The position numbers and the translations under genes were made by a program. A stretch of 64,000 nt of DNA, from the NCBI GenBank assembly GCA_951406725.2, contig OX597814.1, forward strand, positions 63,302,001 through 63,366,000, read 5' to 3'. Position 1 is the stretch's first letter; each line of letters begins with the position of its first letter. This document shows, piece by piece, positions 14,690 through 27,464 of the stretch. The notes beneath the pieces were generated by a model that saw only the letters and a list, made by a program, of their open reading frames with translations, had not been told where the DNA came from and searched no databases. Source of the stretch: Octopus vulgaris. Lineage: Eukaryota.

Positions 14690-15083
<394 letters not shown>

Positions 15084-15132
15084 CAGATGTATGTATATAT
15101 GTATCTCATGTATATATGCCTCTGTATTTAGA

Positions 15133-15500
15133 AGGCGCAGGTGTGGCTGTGTGGTAAGATGCTTGCTTCCCAACCACACGATTCAGGTTTCAGTTCAGCT
15201 TCATGATATCTTCGGCAAGTGTGTTCCATTACAGGCTCGGGTTGACCAAAGATTTGTGGTTGGATTTAGTAGACGGAAACTGAACGAGGCCCGTCGTACA
15301 AGTTTATGTAAGTGAGTGTGCTTTAATGCTTGTGTCCCCCCCCCCCCCACACCGTTTCACAATTGCTGTTGCTGTGTTTACGCCCCCGTAACTTAGCGGT
15401 TCTGCGAAACAGACCAACAGAATAAGTTCCAGGTTAAGAAAACTACATACTGGGGTCGATTCTTTCTACTAAAAATTCTTCAAGGCTTTACATCAGTAAA
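15133..15500 (+). mobile_element. Abundant octopus-type tRNA SINE
   Basis: GGCGCAGGTGTGGCTGTGTGGTAAG head...GTAGACGGAAACTGAA...CCCCGTAACTTAGCGGTTC; homologous to 53100-53508. Confidence 0.8.
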
Positions 15501-15509
15501 TGAAAGAAC

Positions 15510-15572
<63 letters not shown>

Positions 15573-16629
15573 TGAAATGTATTGGAGTCTGGCTATACTG
15601 AATATTATCCAAATCAATATTATTTTATTCATGTTTCTTCTCGTCGTCACTGTTGTTGTTTCTGTTTCTAGTTCTTGTTCTTATTGTTCGTTTTTTCTGT
15701 TTTTACTACTGCTGCTGCTGCAGCTACTACCACTACTACTCGACTATAACGTGAAGATATACTATTGCATGTTCATAGACTCACACACCTATGCCTCCAT
15801 ATATATATTAAAAGCATGTCTTATTATACTCCTTGTACATGAGCTATATCGACTTCCTATCGTATTCCATCTAAGCTTTCAAGGCCAGACACCCAAGTAG
15901 TAGAACTGCCGATCAAATTTACCGGAATTTTCTCTTAAAGTTAAAGAATGCATTAGAAGCATTTAAAAACATCACTACACCAAAGAATTTGTCTGTTCAG
16001 GTTTGTGTGTATGTGAGATTTAACATATCTTCATTCATACATATTTAATTATTTTGTTGATGACATATGAACAGAAAATTTACTAAGAATAAATCTGTTC
16101 ATGAAGGCTTATCTCTGAAACCCTCTGAAAGAAATACTATCAGGTATACATATGTACAGCTATTCATATCAGTGTATATATATATATATATGAGCGTCTG
16201 TGTGTGTCTGCGTGTATGCGTGTGTACGTGTGTGCGTGCGTGCGTGCGCATGTGTGCTTTCTGTGAGTGTGTGTGTTTGTGTGTGTGTGTGAGTGTGTTT
16301 GTGTGTATGTGTGTACAGCCAAATGTTGTTATGGTTTTTCAAAAGTAAAAGATGGGAGCATTCAGTACATTGTATATAATATACGGAGCACATTCATTAT
16401 TACCTCTGCCTTAACGAAGGCGGAGGTATTGATTTTCAGTCGTGTTTGTTTGCTTGACAGTGGACAAAATAGAACCGCTGGATGGATTCGGCTGAAATTT
16501 TCAGGGATGTTTGTTCTCTAGTATTCTGGATTATTTTTCCTGTTTTTTATTATTAATTTTTGAGAGCAGTCGAGTTTATTTCAGATATTCTCATTTTAAA
16601 AATCTCTGGTTAATCGTTGAGAGGCCGTT

Positions 16630-18500
16630 GGTTTTCCCTTGGCAGACGTTTGTGTCATAGTCGGTTTCAGTTGTTTTTTGTCATGTTAGACGTAAGTCAT
16701 AGTGTTGAATATTTTTTTGATTGATTGTTACTATTCAAATTGTTGCTAGTGTTATTTTAAATTTATATTTTTTCACATTGTGGGAAAAATGGAGAAAACG
16801 CTAGCAGGTGGCCACAGTTATGCGGCTGCAACTGGAAAAGGGACAGAATTGGAAACGCCAGAGGCACCAGAAATAAAGGTTGAACCTCGAAATATGAAGG
16901 AATGCAAGAGGTTACTGGTAAGAGACGTAAATACACTGAAATTAACGCTGCCTGTGTAACTAACAACCAATGTAATCAAAAGAACGGTGATATATAAGAC
17001 ATGATGATAGCATCAAAGAAAATAGAAATAGCAACAATAGAGGCTATTGAAGAATGTTTGAAAACTATAAAAAGATTAACCACATTTATAACAAGAGGGA
17101 GAAATTACGCTACTGTGGAGGTGCGTTTTGCATCAGAAGTGGAAGCAATTAAGCACTCCAGGGAGGCAACAAGATGGAAGAATGGGTGCTTTTGCCATCG
17201 TACTGTGAAAAACGTGTGGCCAGGGTGCGAGATGGCAAAGTGCTCCCAGAGCTGAAAGAAGCATGGCTAATGACAGCCATAATGTATGACATGAATGAGG
17301 AGGCCAAGAAACTGAAGGCCACAAGAACCCAAAGATTTAACTACTGGGGATATGGAATAGAGTTGACCGCTCAAGCAACAGTGGAAGACATAAACAGAAT
17401 TGTCAAAGAGATACTAATGCCCGGTGACGTAAGATTAAGAGTGGTGGTGGCAGACAGGCCGCCCACATGATATAAATGTGGGGAAAAGGACCACATAAAG
17501 GCGAGGTGCTCTCAAAGGGAACAACAGATAAAGCAGACGGAGAGGCGGGCGAGCACGGACCAGGTGGTACAGGTCGAGATGAAGGCGAAAGCAACAGAGG
17601 AGGGGTTCACGTTTTTCAAAAAAAGAAATGGAGGTGGGAGAATGAGCTCTCCGCCAGAGCAGCAGAAAAAAGTAGAAAGAAGAGATGGGAAAGGAGGAGA
17701 CCAGAAAGAAGGAATACGAAATGGCGGTGGATAAAATGAGCGAAAAGGAACTTGAAGTGATCAAGGAGGAGTTGCATAAGGAAGAGACATTGGTGAAGAC
17801 GGTGGTTGTTCCAATGGAGGAAGAAAATTTGGAAACGCAAGAGGAGAGACTGTTCAGAGTGTTGGAAGAAAAGAAGAAGGTTCCAGGAGCGGAGCAGGAA
17901 AAGAGGAAACTAATAAGAAAATGACACTTTCGATGGGATATGGTGACATACGCAAAAAGCAAAGAGACTGAAAAGAAAGTATTAAAGTTTAAACATATTA
18001 TAAGAGTAAAGTTGCCCACGGATGTGTATTCCGAGATTGTGAAGGCCATCGTGGATGGTAAGGACACCTACAACAGACTAAAAGACATGTCTGGAGAAGG
18101 GATTGACCCGCCAGGAGTGATGGTGGATTTCGATGAATTGCCACCTGTAGTGAAGCTAAAAGATTTAGAACCTTTTATGAGATATTTAAAATGAAAAAGT
18201 AAGTAAAATTGTTTTGTTGAAGAAAGAAGGAAAAAAGGTAAAATTGTTTTACTTTAAAAAAAGAGGATAAAATGAGATTAAAGAAAAAAACAATACGGTA
18301 ATAGATCGATTGTAAATAGTTTATATAAACGTTCAAATGATACTGCATGGGAGTGGGGACCGTGCAGACATTTCATTTCTCATTTTTATATAACATCTCA
18401 TTTTCATTCGTTTTATGTTCTTGTCTCCACTGTGGTGTTGTGTCTGTCTTTGTAGTGCCCCCTCTGTGTTGTAGCCGTGGGGTCAAAATAAAGAAACATT
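16630..18500 (+). mobile_element. Decayed gag/ORF1-like retroelement with CCHC zinc knuckle, no RT visible
   Basis: Frameshifted purine-rich coding stretch ~16786-18194; VVVADRPPT*YKCGEKDHIKARC knuckle; E/K-rich coiled-coil C-terminus; boundaries approximate. Confidence 0.6.
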
Positions 18501-19369
18501 GGTGGATGGTTGCGCTCTCTGAGTGCTCTTGTTTGCATTATATTTACACGCTACTCGTTGAAACTACGATTGTTGGGATATAAGTGTTTCTTCTTATGTC
18601 TTTTCGTGCAATTTTTTTTATAAAATGGAAGGTGAATCCTTGTTTTGTAAATGGGTCTCTTTTCATTGGTGTTCGTAAAAATTGTTGCATAAAATTTTCT
18701 TTTTCATCTCTGTCATCGTTTCATTGGTCCATTGTATGAGAGACTGGACCGTTAAAATATCTCAATAGAGCATACAGAGACGTTTAGAAATAACAGTAAG
18801 GTGTTACTTGTTGCATACGGATATTGATCCCACAGCTGAGTTATGGAGCATATTCAACTTGCATCAACGATACTTTTAGAAAATGGTTTGTGACAGTAGT
18901 TGTTTTTAAATAGGAAGTTGATAATTAATTTTCAAACAATTAAAGTCTTGATGATGCATGTTAATAATTACTACGTCATCCATTATATGAATGAATGCCT
19001 ACATTCTGAAATTTATACATATGCAATCCGTACATAACTTATTTATGCCATAGTCAAATGTGCTCTTGTTGCTTACATACACGTATTGTTAAATGCATAA
19101 ATGGATATTAGATTTAAATACATACATGTACAGATCTCCGTTAATAATATATGGCACATACAACATTATATGTATTCTATATTTTGAAGTTGTCTTATCT
19201 GTTTCTTCAATTATGTTATATGAATTTCATGTATTATTGTACTACATTGGTGCATCTCCATCCCACCAAAACGTCTTTTCTCTTTGTCTTTTACTACATC
19301 TGACACTTCTTGCTTCATATATCTTAATTGATAGGCTCTCTTGTTGCTTCTAATAAGTGACGTAAAAGA

Positions 19370-19442
19370 ATGAAGCGAGATTATATGGAACAAATGCTGC
19401 TTCTGGCCTTGCTAGTTTTGTTCTGGCAGTATGGTGCCCAAG
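19370..19442 (+). CDS. First coding exon (signal peptide) of nAChR-type Cys-loop receptor subunit
   Basis: ATG19370: MKRDYMEQMLLLALLVLFWQYGAQ+G, ending at CAAG|GTAAGG donor, phase 1, matching the phase-1 acceptor at 59509; possible upstream acceptor at 19334. Confidence 0.7.
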
Positions 19443-21057
19443 GTAAGGTTTTTAAAATGTGAATGGGTATATTACTCTATACTAGAATGCTTGTGCATCC
19501 GTAAGAAAATAAACATAGACTGTGCATCAACGTAGGTATTGTAAATGTCTTTATTTTTATTTTATACTTTATTTGTATGCCTTTATATATATAATTTATC
19601 TATATTCATACAAACTATATGTATACTTTTTAGTGAACATTTTTTGTTTTCTTTCGAATTCATATTTTGTTGAGTGTTCGAATATGTATCTGAGAAAAAA
19701 GAAAACAAAACCCGATTCAATGATTAAAACGTCCGTATTCGTATTCTTAAGGAGTAAAATGCAATGTACCCCATTGTATAGAAACAAACAAATATTATTT
19801 CAATTAATATTAGTAGTTAAATCCATGAATATAAAAGTAATTCTTATTATTTAAATGTGTAACCAATTTTAGAAAAGTTTTGATCAACCACTCTTAAGTA
19901 TATGTGCATGCCAAACATGCCGAATTATCTCTAAATAAAGAGATAATTGAGTAACGCAAAAGCGATGTTGATTTATGTTATTCAATACAGCTTTTATAAA
20001 TGAAAGAAAAAATTAGGTCATGTGTGTATATGTCTGGCTGAGGCTGATGCCTTATTTATGAGATATGCTAAGACCAAGCATATATATTTCAAATCCAGTA
20101 TTACTACTTGAAAATGAACTACTCTTCGATGCATATCAGTGATTTGAAATCATATAAAAAATTTGATAGTTAACTACAACATTTCAAAAATTAAAGGGGT
20201 ACCGTAAATGTATAATAGAAAAACAATTAATTTGCATTTAAGCAATTACAAAATTAAAGTAGCCTACATAACCCATTAGGAACATGGATTAAAAGCAAAA
20301 TAATATTTGATAAAAAAACAGTGTGTTTGAATATAAAAGTCACGAAAGAGACTTGAGAAAGACAACATAAACAAGTACAATCCCATTACTTATTTTAAGT
20401 ATTAAATTAACAGAATATTGATAAGAAAAATATTAAACGAATGCTACCAATACATTTCACGATTACATTCAACGGATATTTTTCAAAGAATGCTATCTAA
20501 AATGTATTGACAGCAGTATTTAAAATAGGAGTTCAATACTATATTTGCAGTTTATTGCCAAGTTTAACACAATTCGATGAATTAAGTTATATGTTTTTGC
20601 TCAACGATAATAAATACTAAATTCCACACATTTGCAAGACAAGTAGTTGATAAGTAGTTTCTTCAAGTAGTTTTTGATAAGTACTTTCTTCATGCCATAC
20701 CAACTATCATGCCATACCATGCTATATCAAGTAGATCTGATAAGTAGCTTCTTCATGCCATACCAACTTTTGACATTTCCGATTATAACAGTATTTAAAA
20801 AAAGAAAAACAAATAAATACTGTAAATAATAGTGTCAACATTAGATAGATTCCGTAAATTGGTTTAAACTCACCAGAGATGCGAAACCAGACAAATGCAA
20901 CAAACGTTTAAAAGTCTAATTTAATATATACCGATAGGTGAAAATTCAGGCTAACTTTGTACGCACACGTACAGACGCACACAAATACACACGCACCAGT
21001 ACACGTAAATATAACGTGAGTATGTGTGTATGTGTGCATATATCTATGCTTAGATGC

Positions 21058-21091
<34 letters not shown>

Positions 21092-21093
21092 GC

Positions 21094-21147
<54 letters not shown>

Positions 21148-21505
21148 GTATATATATATGATATATATATATATATATATATATGTATATGTATACACAC
21201 ACACACACACACATACACACATATATATATGTATATAATATATATGTATAAGTATGAATATATAATCATGTCATTAAAACGTTCGTTTCCGAACTATAAC
21301 GTCGAATGCTCAGTCATATCGTTTGGATTCTTGTACAATTAATAATTAACGCCATACTAATATGGCAGTCTAAATATAAGACTAAAGCTGTCGCTGAGTA
21401 GCTCCAAGAGGCCACCGCCTCAAGCTAGCTATATGACACACGAACCTGCATCCATTACAACCTTCGAACATGGGAGGTCAGCCGCTTCACCTTGCTAGTC
21501 ATGTA

Positions 21506-21563
<58 letters not shown>

Positions 21564-21573
<10 letters not shown>

Positions 21574-21757
21574 GGCTTAGTAAAATAAATTACTTTGCCG
21601 CATACTGAACTCATTAGAAATAGCAGCTAAAAAAACTTTTTTTAAACTATTTCCAATACTTAAAGAAAACCTCTCTCATATAGTGTTTGCTCAATTCAAC
21701 TCACGAAAGTATGGGGGTAGAGACATTAAAAAATCAAATGCAAAGGTTATTTGAGAA
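21564..21757 (-). repeat. Inverted partial copy of the 558-bp unit (reverse complement of 21928-22121)
   Basis: ~194-bp near-perfect inverted repeat starting in (TA)n. Confidence 0.9.
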
Positions 21758-21870
21758 ATTCTTCGCTTGCATATTTGAGTTTGTTGGCACTGTTAGTTTC
21801 GAGTAGATCTTCAGAAGCGATAACAAGCCGAAAGGGTATGCTCCCACTTTCAGTGTTTTCAAATCCAAAC

Positions 21871-21944
21871 CAGGGAATTCTGAGCTGATGATAGAAGTGT
21901 CGATTTTGACTAATCTTGAAACGTACGTTCTCAAATAACCTTTG
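21871..21944 (+). ncRNA. Type I hammerhead ribozyme, copy 1
   Basis: CAGGG-AAUUC-UGAG / CUGAUGA / stem II (AGA..GUC-GAUUUU-GAC..UCU) / GAAA / CG-UA-CG / UU cleavage after 21929 / CUCA-AAUAA-CCUUUG; the pair closing stem II is non-canonical (U.U). Confidence 0.75.
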
Positions 21945-22428
21945 CATTTGATTTTTTAATGTCTCTACCCCCATACTTTCGTGAGTTGAATTGAGCAAAC
22001 ACTATATGAGAGAGGTTTTCTTTAAGTATTGGAAATAGTTTTAAAAAAGTTTTTTTAGCTGCTATTTCTAATGAGTTCAGTATGCGGCAAAGTAATTTAT
22101 TTTACTAAGCCCTTTTATATAATGTAATAATTTGAATTCGCCTTAAATGGTCCCTTTGCATACTGAATACTTGGTGAAATTGATTAATTAATTAATTTTA
22201 CCCTCAATTGTTGAAATTATAATTCATCTCTCTCTACTTAATGTCTCGGATTTTACCGAAAAAAGCATAGTGTTTGCTGATTTTAACCCACGCTAGTGGA
22301 AAGGGGAGAGCAGAAATTCTTCGCTTGCATATTTGAGTTTGTTGGCACTGTTAGTTTCGAGTAGATCTTCAGAAGCGATAACAAGCCGAAAGGGTATGCT
22401 CCCACTTTCAGTGTTTTCAAATCCAAAC

Positions 22429-22502
22429 CAGGGAATTCTGAGCTGATGATAGAAGTGTCGATTTTGACTAATCTTGAAACGTACGTTCTCAAATAACCTT
22501 TG
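22429..22502 (+). ncRNA. Type I hammerhead ribozyme, copy 2
   Basis: Identical to copy 1, offset +558. Confidence 0.75.
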
Positions 22503-22986
22503 CATTTGATTTTTTAATGTCTCTACCCCCATACTTTCGTGAGTTGAATTGAGCAAACACTATATGAGAGAGGTTTTCTTTAAGTATTGGAAATAGTTTT
22601 AAAAAAGTTTTTTTAGCTGCTATTTCTAATGAGTTCAGTATGCGGCAAAGTAATTTATTTTACTAAGCCCTTTTATATAATGTAATAATTTGAATTCGCC
22701 TTAAATGGTCCCTTTGCATACTGAATACTTGGTGAAATTGATTAATTAATTAATTTTACCCTCAATTGTTGAAATTATAATTCATCTCTCTCTACTTAAT
22801 GTCTCGGATTTTACCGAAAAAAGCATAGTGTTTGCTGATTTTAACCCACGCTAGTGGAAAGGGGAGAGCAGAAATTCTTCGCTTGCATATTTGAGTTTGT
22901 TGGCACTGTTAGTTTCGAGTAGATCTTCAGAAGCGATAACAAGCCGAAAGGGTATGCTCCCACTTTCAGTGTTTTCAAATCCAAAC

Positions 22987-23060
22987 CAGGGAATTCTGAG
23001 CTGATGATAGAAGTGTCGATTTTGACTAATCTTGAAACGTAAGTTCTCAAATAACCTTTG
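22987..23060 (+). ncRNA. Type I hammerhead ribozyme, copy 3 (stem III variant)
   Basis: GAAACGUAAGUU instead of GAAACGUACGUU; core otherwise intact. Confidence 0.65.
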
Positions 23061-23466
23061 CATTTGATTTTTTAATGTCTCTACCCCCATACTTTCGTGA
23101 GTTGAATTGAGCAAACACTATATGAGAGAGGTTTTCTTTAAGTATTGGAAATAGTTTTAAAAAAGTTTTTTTAGCTGCTATTTCTAATGAGTTCAGTATG
23201 CGGCAAAGTAATTTATTTTACTAAGCCCTTTTATATAATGTAATAATTTGAATTCGACTTAAATGGTCCCTTTGCATACTGAATACTTGGTGAAATTGAT
23301 TAATTAATTAATTTTACCCTCAATTGTTGAAATTATATATATATATATATATATATACATAATTTAAGAATAGGATAAAATCTTTGTAAGAATTTATAAA
23401 GTAGTTAGCGTGAAAAACCTCATAAGAGAGAAAATAACATGAAATGTTCTCTTAAATATATTTATT

Positions 23467-23507
<41 letters not shown>

Positions 23508-23830
23508 CACACTCACACACACATACACACCTACACGAAAGAAGTATGTATGTCAATATGTACATCAATATTTATTTGTACTTTCCAATTTACTCCTTTA
23601 AGTATATATTGTTGCTTTATATATGAGCAGAAATAAAGTAAAGAAACTAAAATGAATATAAAAGTAAAAATAGAATAAATGGATAGTAAATAAAGAAGAA
23701 ATAAAACAAAATAAAATACAATAGTACATACGAAAGTTAAATAAAGTGGAATAAATCCATGTTATGCGTGTATACTTGTGTGCTTATATATACATGCGTC
23801 TAGATGTACATATATACATATATTCTAGCA

Positions 23831-23895
<65 letters not shown>

Positions 23896-23898
<3 letters not shown>

Positions 23899-24748
23899 TG
23901 CCCCATCGTTATCGAGTATGGCCATTACACGAAGCTTAACTGTTACTGGTGCTGTGATCGAATGTGACTTTTTAGCCCAGCCAAAGATCTACAATCTCTT
24001 GTACAGAATTGGCAACTAAAACCTTTACCGGTAATAGCCGGCTGTAGTTGTAACTCGGCTTCATGTATCTTTGCATGTCGTTTATGTCCTCCTGCCGAAT
24101 TACAGTCACTTCCGCATGCCGACAGATATGATTAGTATGGTGTGTTACACCACCATCAGTGGCCAGGTTGTCACTTATCTGTCTCGCTTTATGATTACGA
24201 AGATGACTCTTGAGTCCAGCTTTACTGAGGCAGGGTCTTGCATAGACACTGTATGTCAGCATCATAGGTAGACCTTTCCCATCTGCAAGTGTAACAGCGA
24301 TGCCCTTCCTGACATCCCTCCTTACTTTCTCATGTGCATCTCGAGATTTCTCACAAGTGGCTGTCCTGTCGTGCACAATCCTTCTCCACCTGCTACGATC
24401 AATAGCTATGCTTTCCCATGTGTTAGGAGAGACGCAAGCATCTCTTAAGGAAGCCTTCAGCAAGTCCTTATACCTTTTTTTTGGTTTATGTGGTGGTCGT
24501 TCTCCTTTAGATAACTATCCATAAAAGAGTTGTTTTGGCATCCTTGAATCCTTCATCCTGACAAGATGACCACTCCATCTGAGCCTTTGCTTTAACACAA
24601 GAGCGTCTATACTTTCACACCGAAAGCCTTCCAATATTTCAAGATCACAGATGCGGTCCTTCCACTTAATGCCATAGATCCGTCTGAGACACATCTGATG
24701 GAAACTTTCCAGATGTTTAAGGTGGTATCGATATGTGACCCACGTCTA
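23896..24748 (-). mobile_element. RTE-clade LINE 3' fragment
   Basis: Minus strand: RLRWSGHLVRMKDSRMPKQLFYG, LKASLRDAC...WESIAIDRSRWRRIV, decayed C2H2 finger (CLSKAGLKSHLRNH). Confidence 0.85.
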
Positions 24749-24825
24749 GCAGACATAGAGAATATATATACATATATATATATTTATACATGCATATACA
24801 TATATATATTCATATATATACATAC

Positions 24826-24890
<65 letters not shown>

Positions 24891-25781
24891 AATATACGTA
24901 CACACATACATAAGTGCAAGTTCATCCTCATGAATAAAAATATTCACATATATACTTATATAAAGTTATCTTAAGAAATATATGATAATAAATATTGCTT
25001 CAAAATGACTCCAAGGAAAGATGATGATATAACAAATCTCGCATATTATCATCGCACACAAAACCACAACTCTTGTCCCTAAAATCTTAAAACTTATGGT
25101 GCATTCCCTGTAGTGAAACTAAAGAAATCAGTACATTTATTCAGCTGCAGTTAATCACATCTTTCTCAATAGCACTAGTATCAAATTATAAACTATAACA
25201 TACACATTTTTGTAATCTAAGAACAGTTTGCGATTGATCTGCACGGAAGTATATTTAGACAATATAAGTAGAAATATTACATTATGAGTATAGTATTTTT
25301 GCACGTCTGTATACCTGACGTGTTTTGGAATGTGAAGCTGTAGGTGGCCAAACATCGATTATAACTAAATAGATGTTAGAATACCATTACACATAGCCTT
25401 ACCTATAATATCGAAATAATATTAACATTTAAGCATAAATCAACTGAATGTGCATTTGTTATTAATAGAGTACGAAATATCTTTGTCTTGATGCATTGTA
25501 TTCTCAGCAAGGCATATCTAATAATTGCAACTATGGGCAAATATTTTATTGTGGAGCAACTGCATTTACAATCAGATAAAGGCTCAGACATGCATATAAA
25601 TACACATTCGAGCATACAAACCCATATGAATATAAAAACACATTTATATGCATAAATGTATATATATATATATATATATACATATAACATACATGTATGT
25701 ATGTATGTATATATACACACATATAACATATGTGTATGTATGAATGTATATATACACACATATAACATATGTGTATGTATG

Positions 25782-25823
<42 letters not shown>

Positions 25824-25838
25824 CACACACATATATAT

Positions 25839-26950
25839 ATAGGCTGACCAAAATTCTCATGGAATGTGACCAAATGAAATATATTTTCAACGTAGTCCCC
25901 CTCCGGTCCACACGCTTCTTTTATCGGTGTTGCAGTGCTTGATGAAGAAGCTTTCATCCTGTTGGTTATGTCGTCATCAGCACTGCGATATTGTTTTCAG
26001 CCAATTTGTTTTTAATGCTGGGATCAGATGATAGACAAATGGGACCAACTCAGGAGAATATGGAAGCTGATCAACTAGTTCAACACCACAGTTACGCATA
26101 CCAGCCATTCAAACCAAGGACTTGTGTGCTAAAGCATTGTCTTGGCGAATCAAACCTCTTTCGTCAGTTTTTCTGGGCGTTTGGTCTTGATAGCCTTCCA
26201 TAACTACCTGAGCAAGCTAGCATAATACCCTCCATTGATGGACTAGCTCCTTTGAAGAGAGTCAGTAAAAGCAATGCCTTTTGCATTCCAGAAAACTGAG
26301 GCTGTCACTTACCCTAAAGATGAAATGACATAGGCCCTCTTTGGAGCAGGTGAGGAGGGGTGATTCTACTGCATGGATTGTCTCGGCTCTGACTGAAAGT
26401 CAGGAAGCCAACACTCATCCTGGGTTTGGAAACATGCAAACATAGCAGATGAATCTGCGTCAAACAATGTAAAATTTTCCCGTTGTGTGATCAGCCTGGT
26501 GCGCTATTGATCAGGTGTCCGAAGACATGGGACTCACGCAGCACAAACCTTTGTTATGTCATGTCCATTGACCAGGATATTCTCAATTGTCTTACGAGTC
26601 TAAAACATAACTTGTTTGATCTATCGTCCATCCCCTGTCATCCATCAGCATGTAATGAACACGGTCAATGTTCCCCTTCGGTGGTGGCAGCAGGATGTCC
26701 AGACGTTGGATCATGTTCAAGACTCTCCCTTCCCCTCCTAAATTCATCTGCCCAGTTTTGCACTGCTGATTAAGCTGGTGTGTCGTCTCTTAGTGTAGCA
26801 ACCGAGTCAGCATGAATGTCGATGGGGCTAAAGCTTTTTTCTGCAGATAATAGGTAACATCACAAGGCCACCTTTTGCCGATTTTCAAGTGAAGTCGCTA
26901 CTAGTTATGCTAGAAGATTTTACAGCTGTAGTATTACTCCTTCATATTCG
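25839..26950 (-). mobile_element. Decayed mariner transposon
   Basis: Minus-strand transposase C-terminus (..RRGDYVE-like), decayed HTH/DDD region; starts at a TA tract; right boundary approximate. Confidence 0.7.
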
Positions 26951-27415
26951 GCTTATGAACTTTTCTGTCTCCATATGGATAATAATTTGACGCAACAAGG
27001 AAAGACGCATGTATGTGCACATCCGTACTTACATAAACACACATACATATATCTATACACACATATGTACAGGCATATATACAAGAAGAAGGTGCTTTGT
27101 CTATGTAAAATCCGCCTAACGATGGATATACTACAAAATGGACAGTTACTCTCGAATTTCATATGGACCAAAAAACAAGAACATCAACCGGATAGTGATC
27201 ATAAAATCCTCATTTTCATAAACTTAATCTTCAGTTGCATCTTGTATATTCTTGTTATGGAAAAAAGAGGATGCATGTTCATGTATGGATTGCCTTATAA
27301 ATTATATCTTGTAGAACGCCTGTTTTGTAGATCTTGTCAATCTTTTTCATATGTCATTGTCATTTTGTTTGCAAAATTGTTTCGTTGTGCGCGGTTATGC
27401 TTTCTTTGTTTACGC

Positions 27416-27464
<49 letters not shown>

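Larger units (their letters stand above)
21754..23337 (+). mobile_element. 558-bp tandem array (~2.8 units), hammerhead-containing retrozyme / Penelope pLTR-like element
   Basis: Exact 558 periodicity (CTGATGA at 21885, 22443, 23001); units almost identical; (TA)n flanks; no recognisable protein. Confidence 0.85.

Noticed and set aside
21734-23114. Repeated 66-87 aa minus-strand ORFs in the 558-bp array
   Set aside because: No recognisable domain; they recur only because the DNA is repeated
21754-23337. CRISPR-like array or LTR pair
   Set aside because: Contiguous identical units with no spacers, no TG..CA ends and no PBS; eukaryotic context
27197-27241. Minus-strand CUGAAGA...GAAA hammerhead-like motif
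   Set aside because: Stems I and II are very weak; compatible with chance in AT-rich DNA
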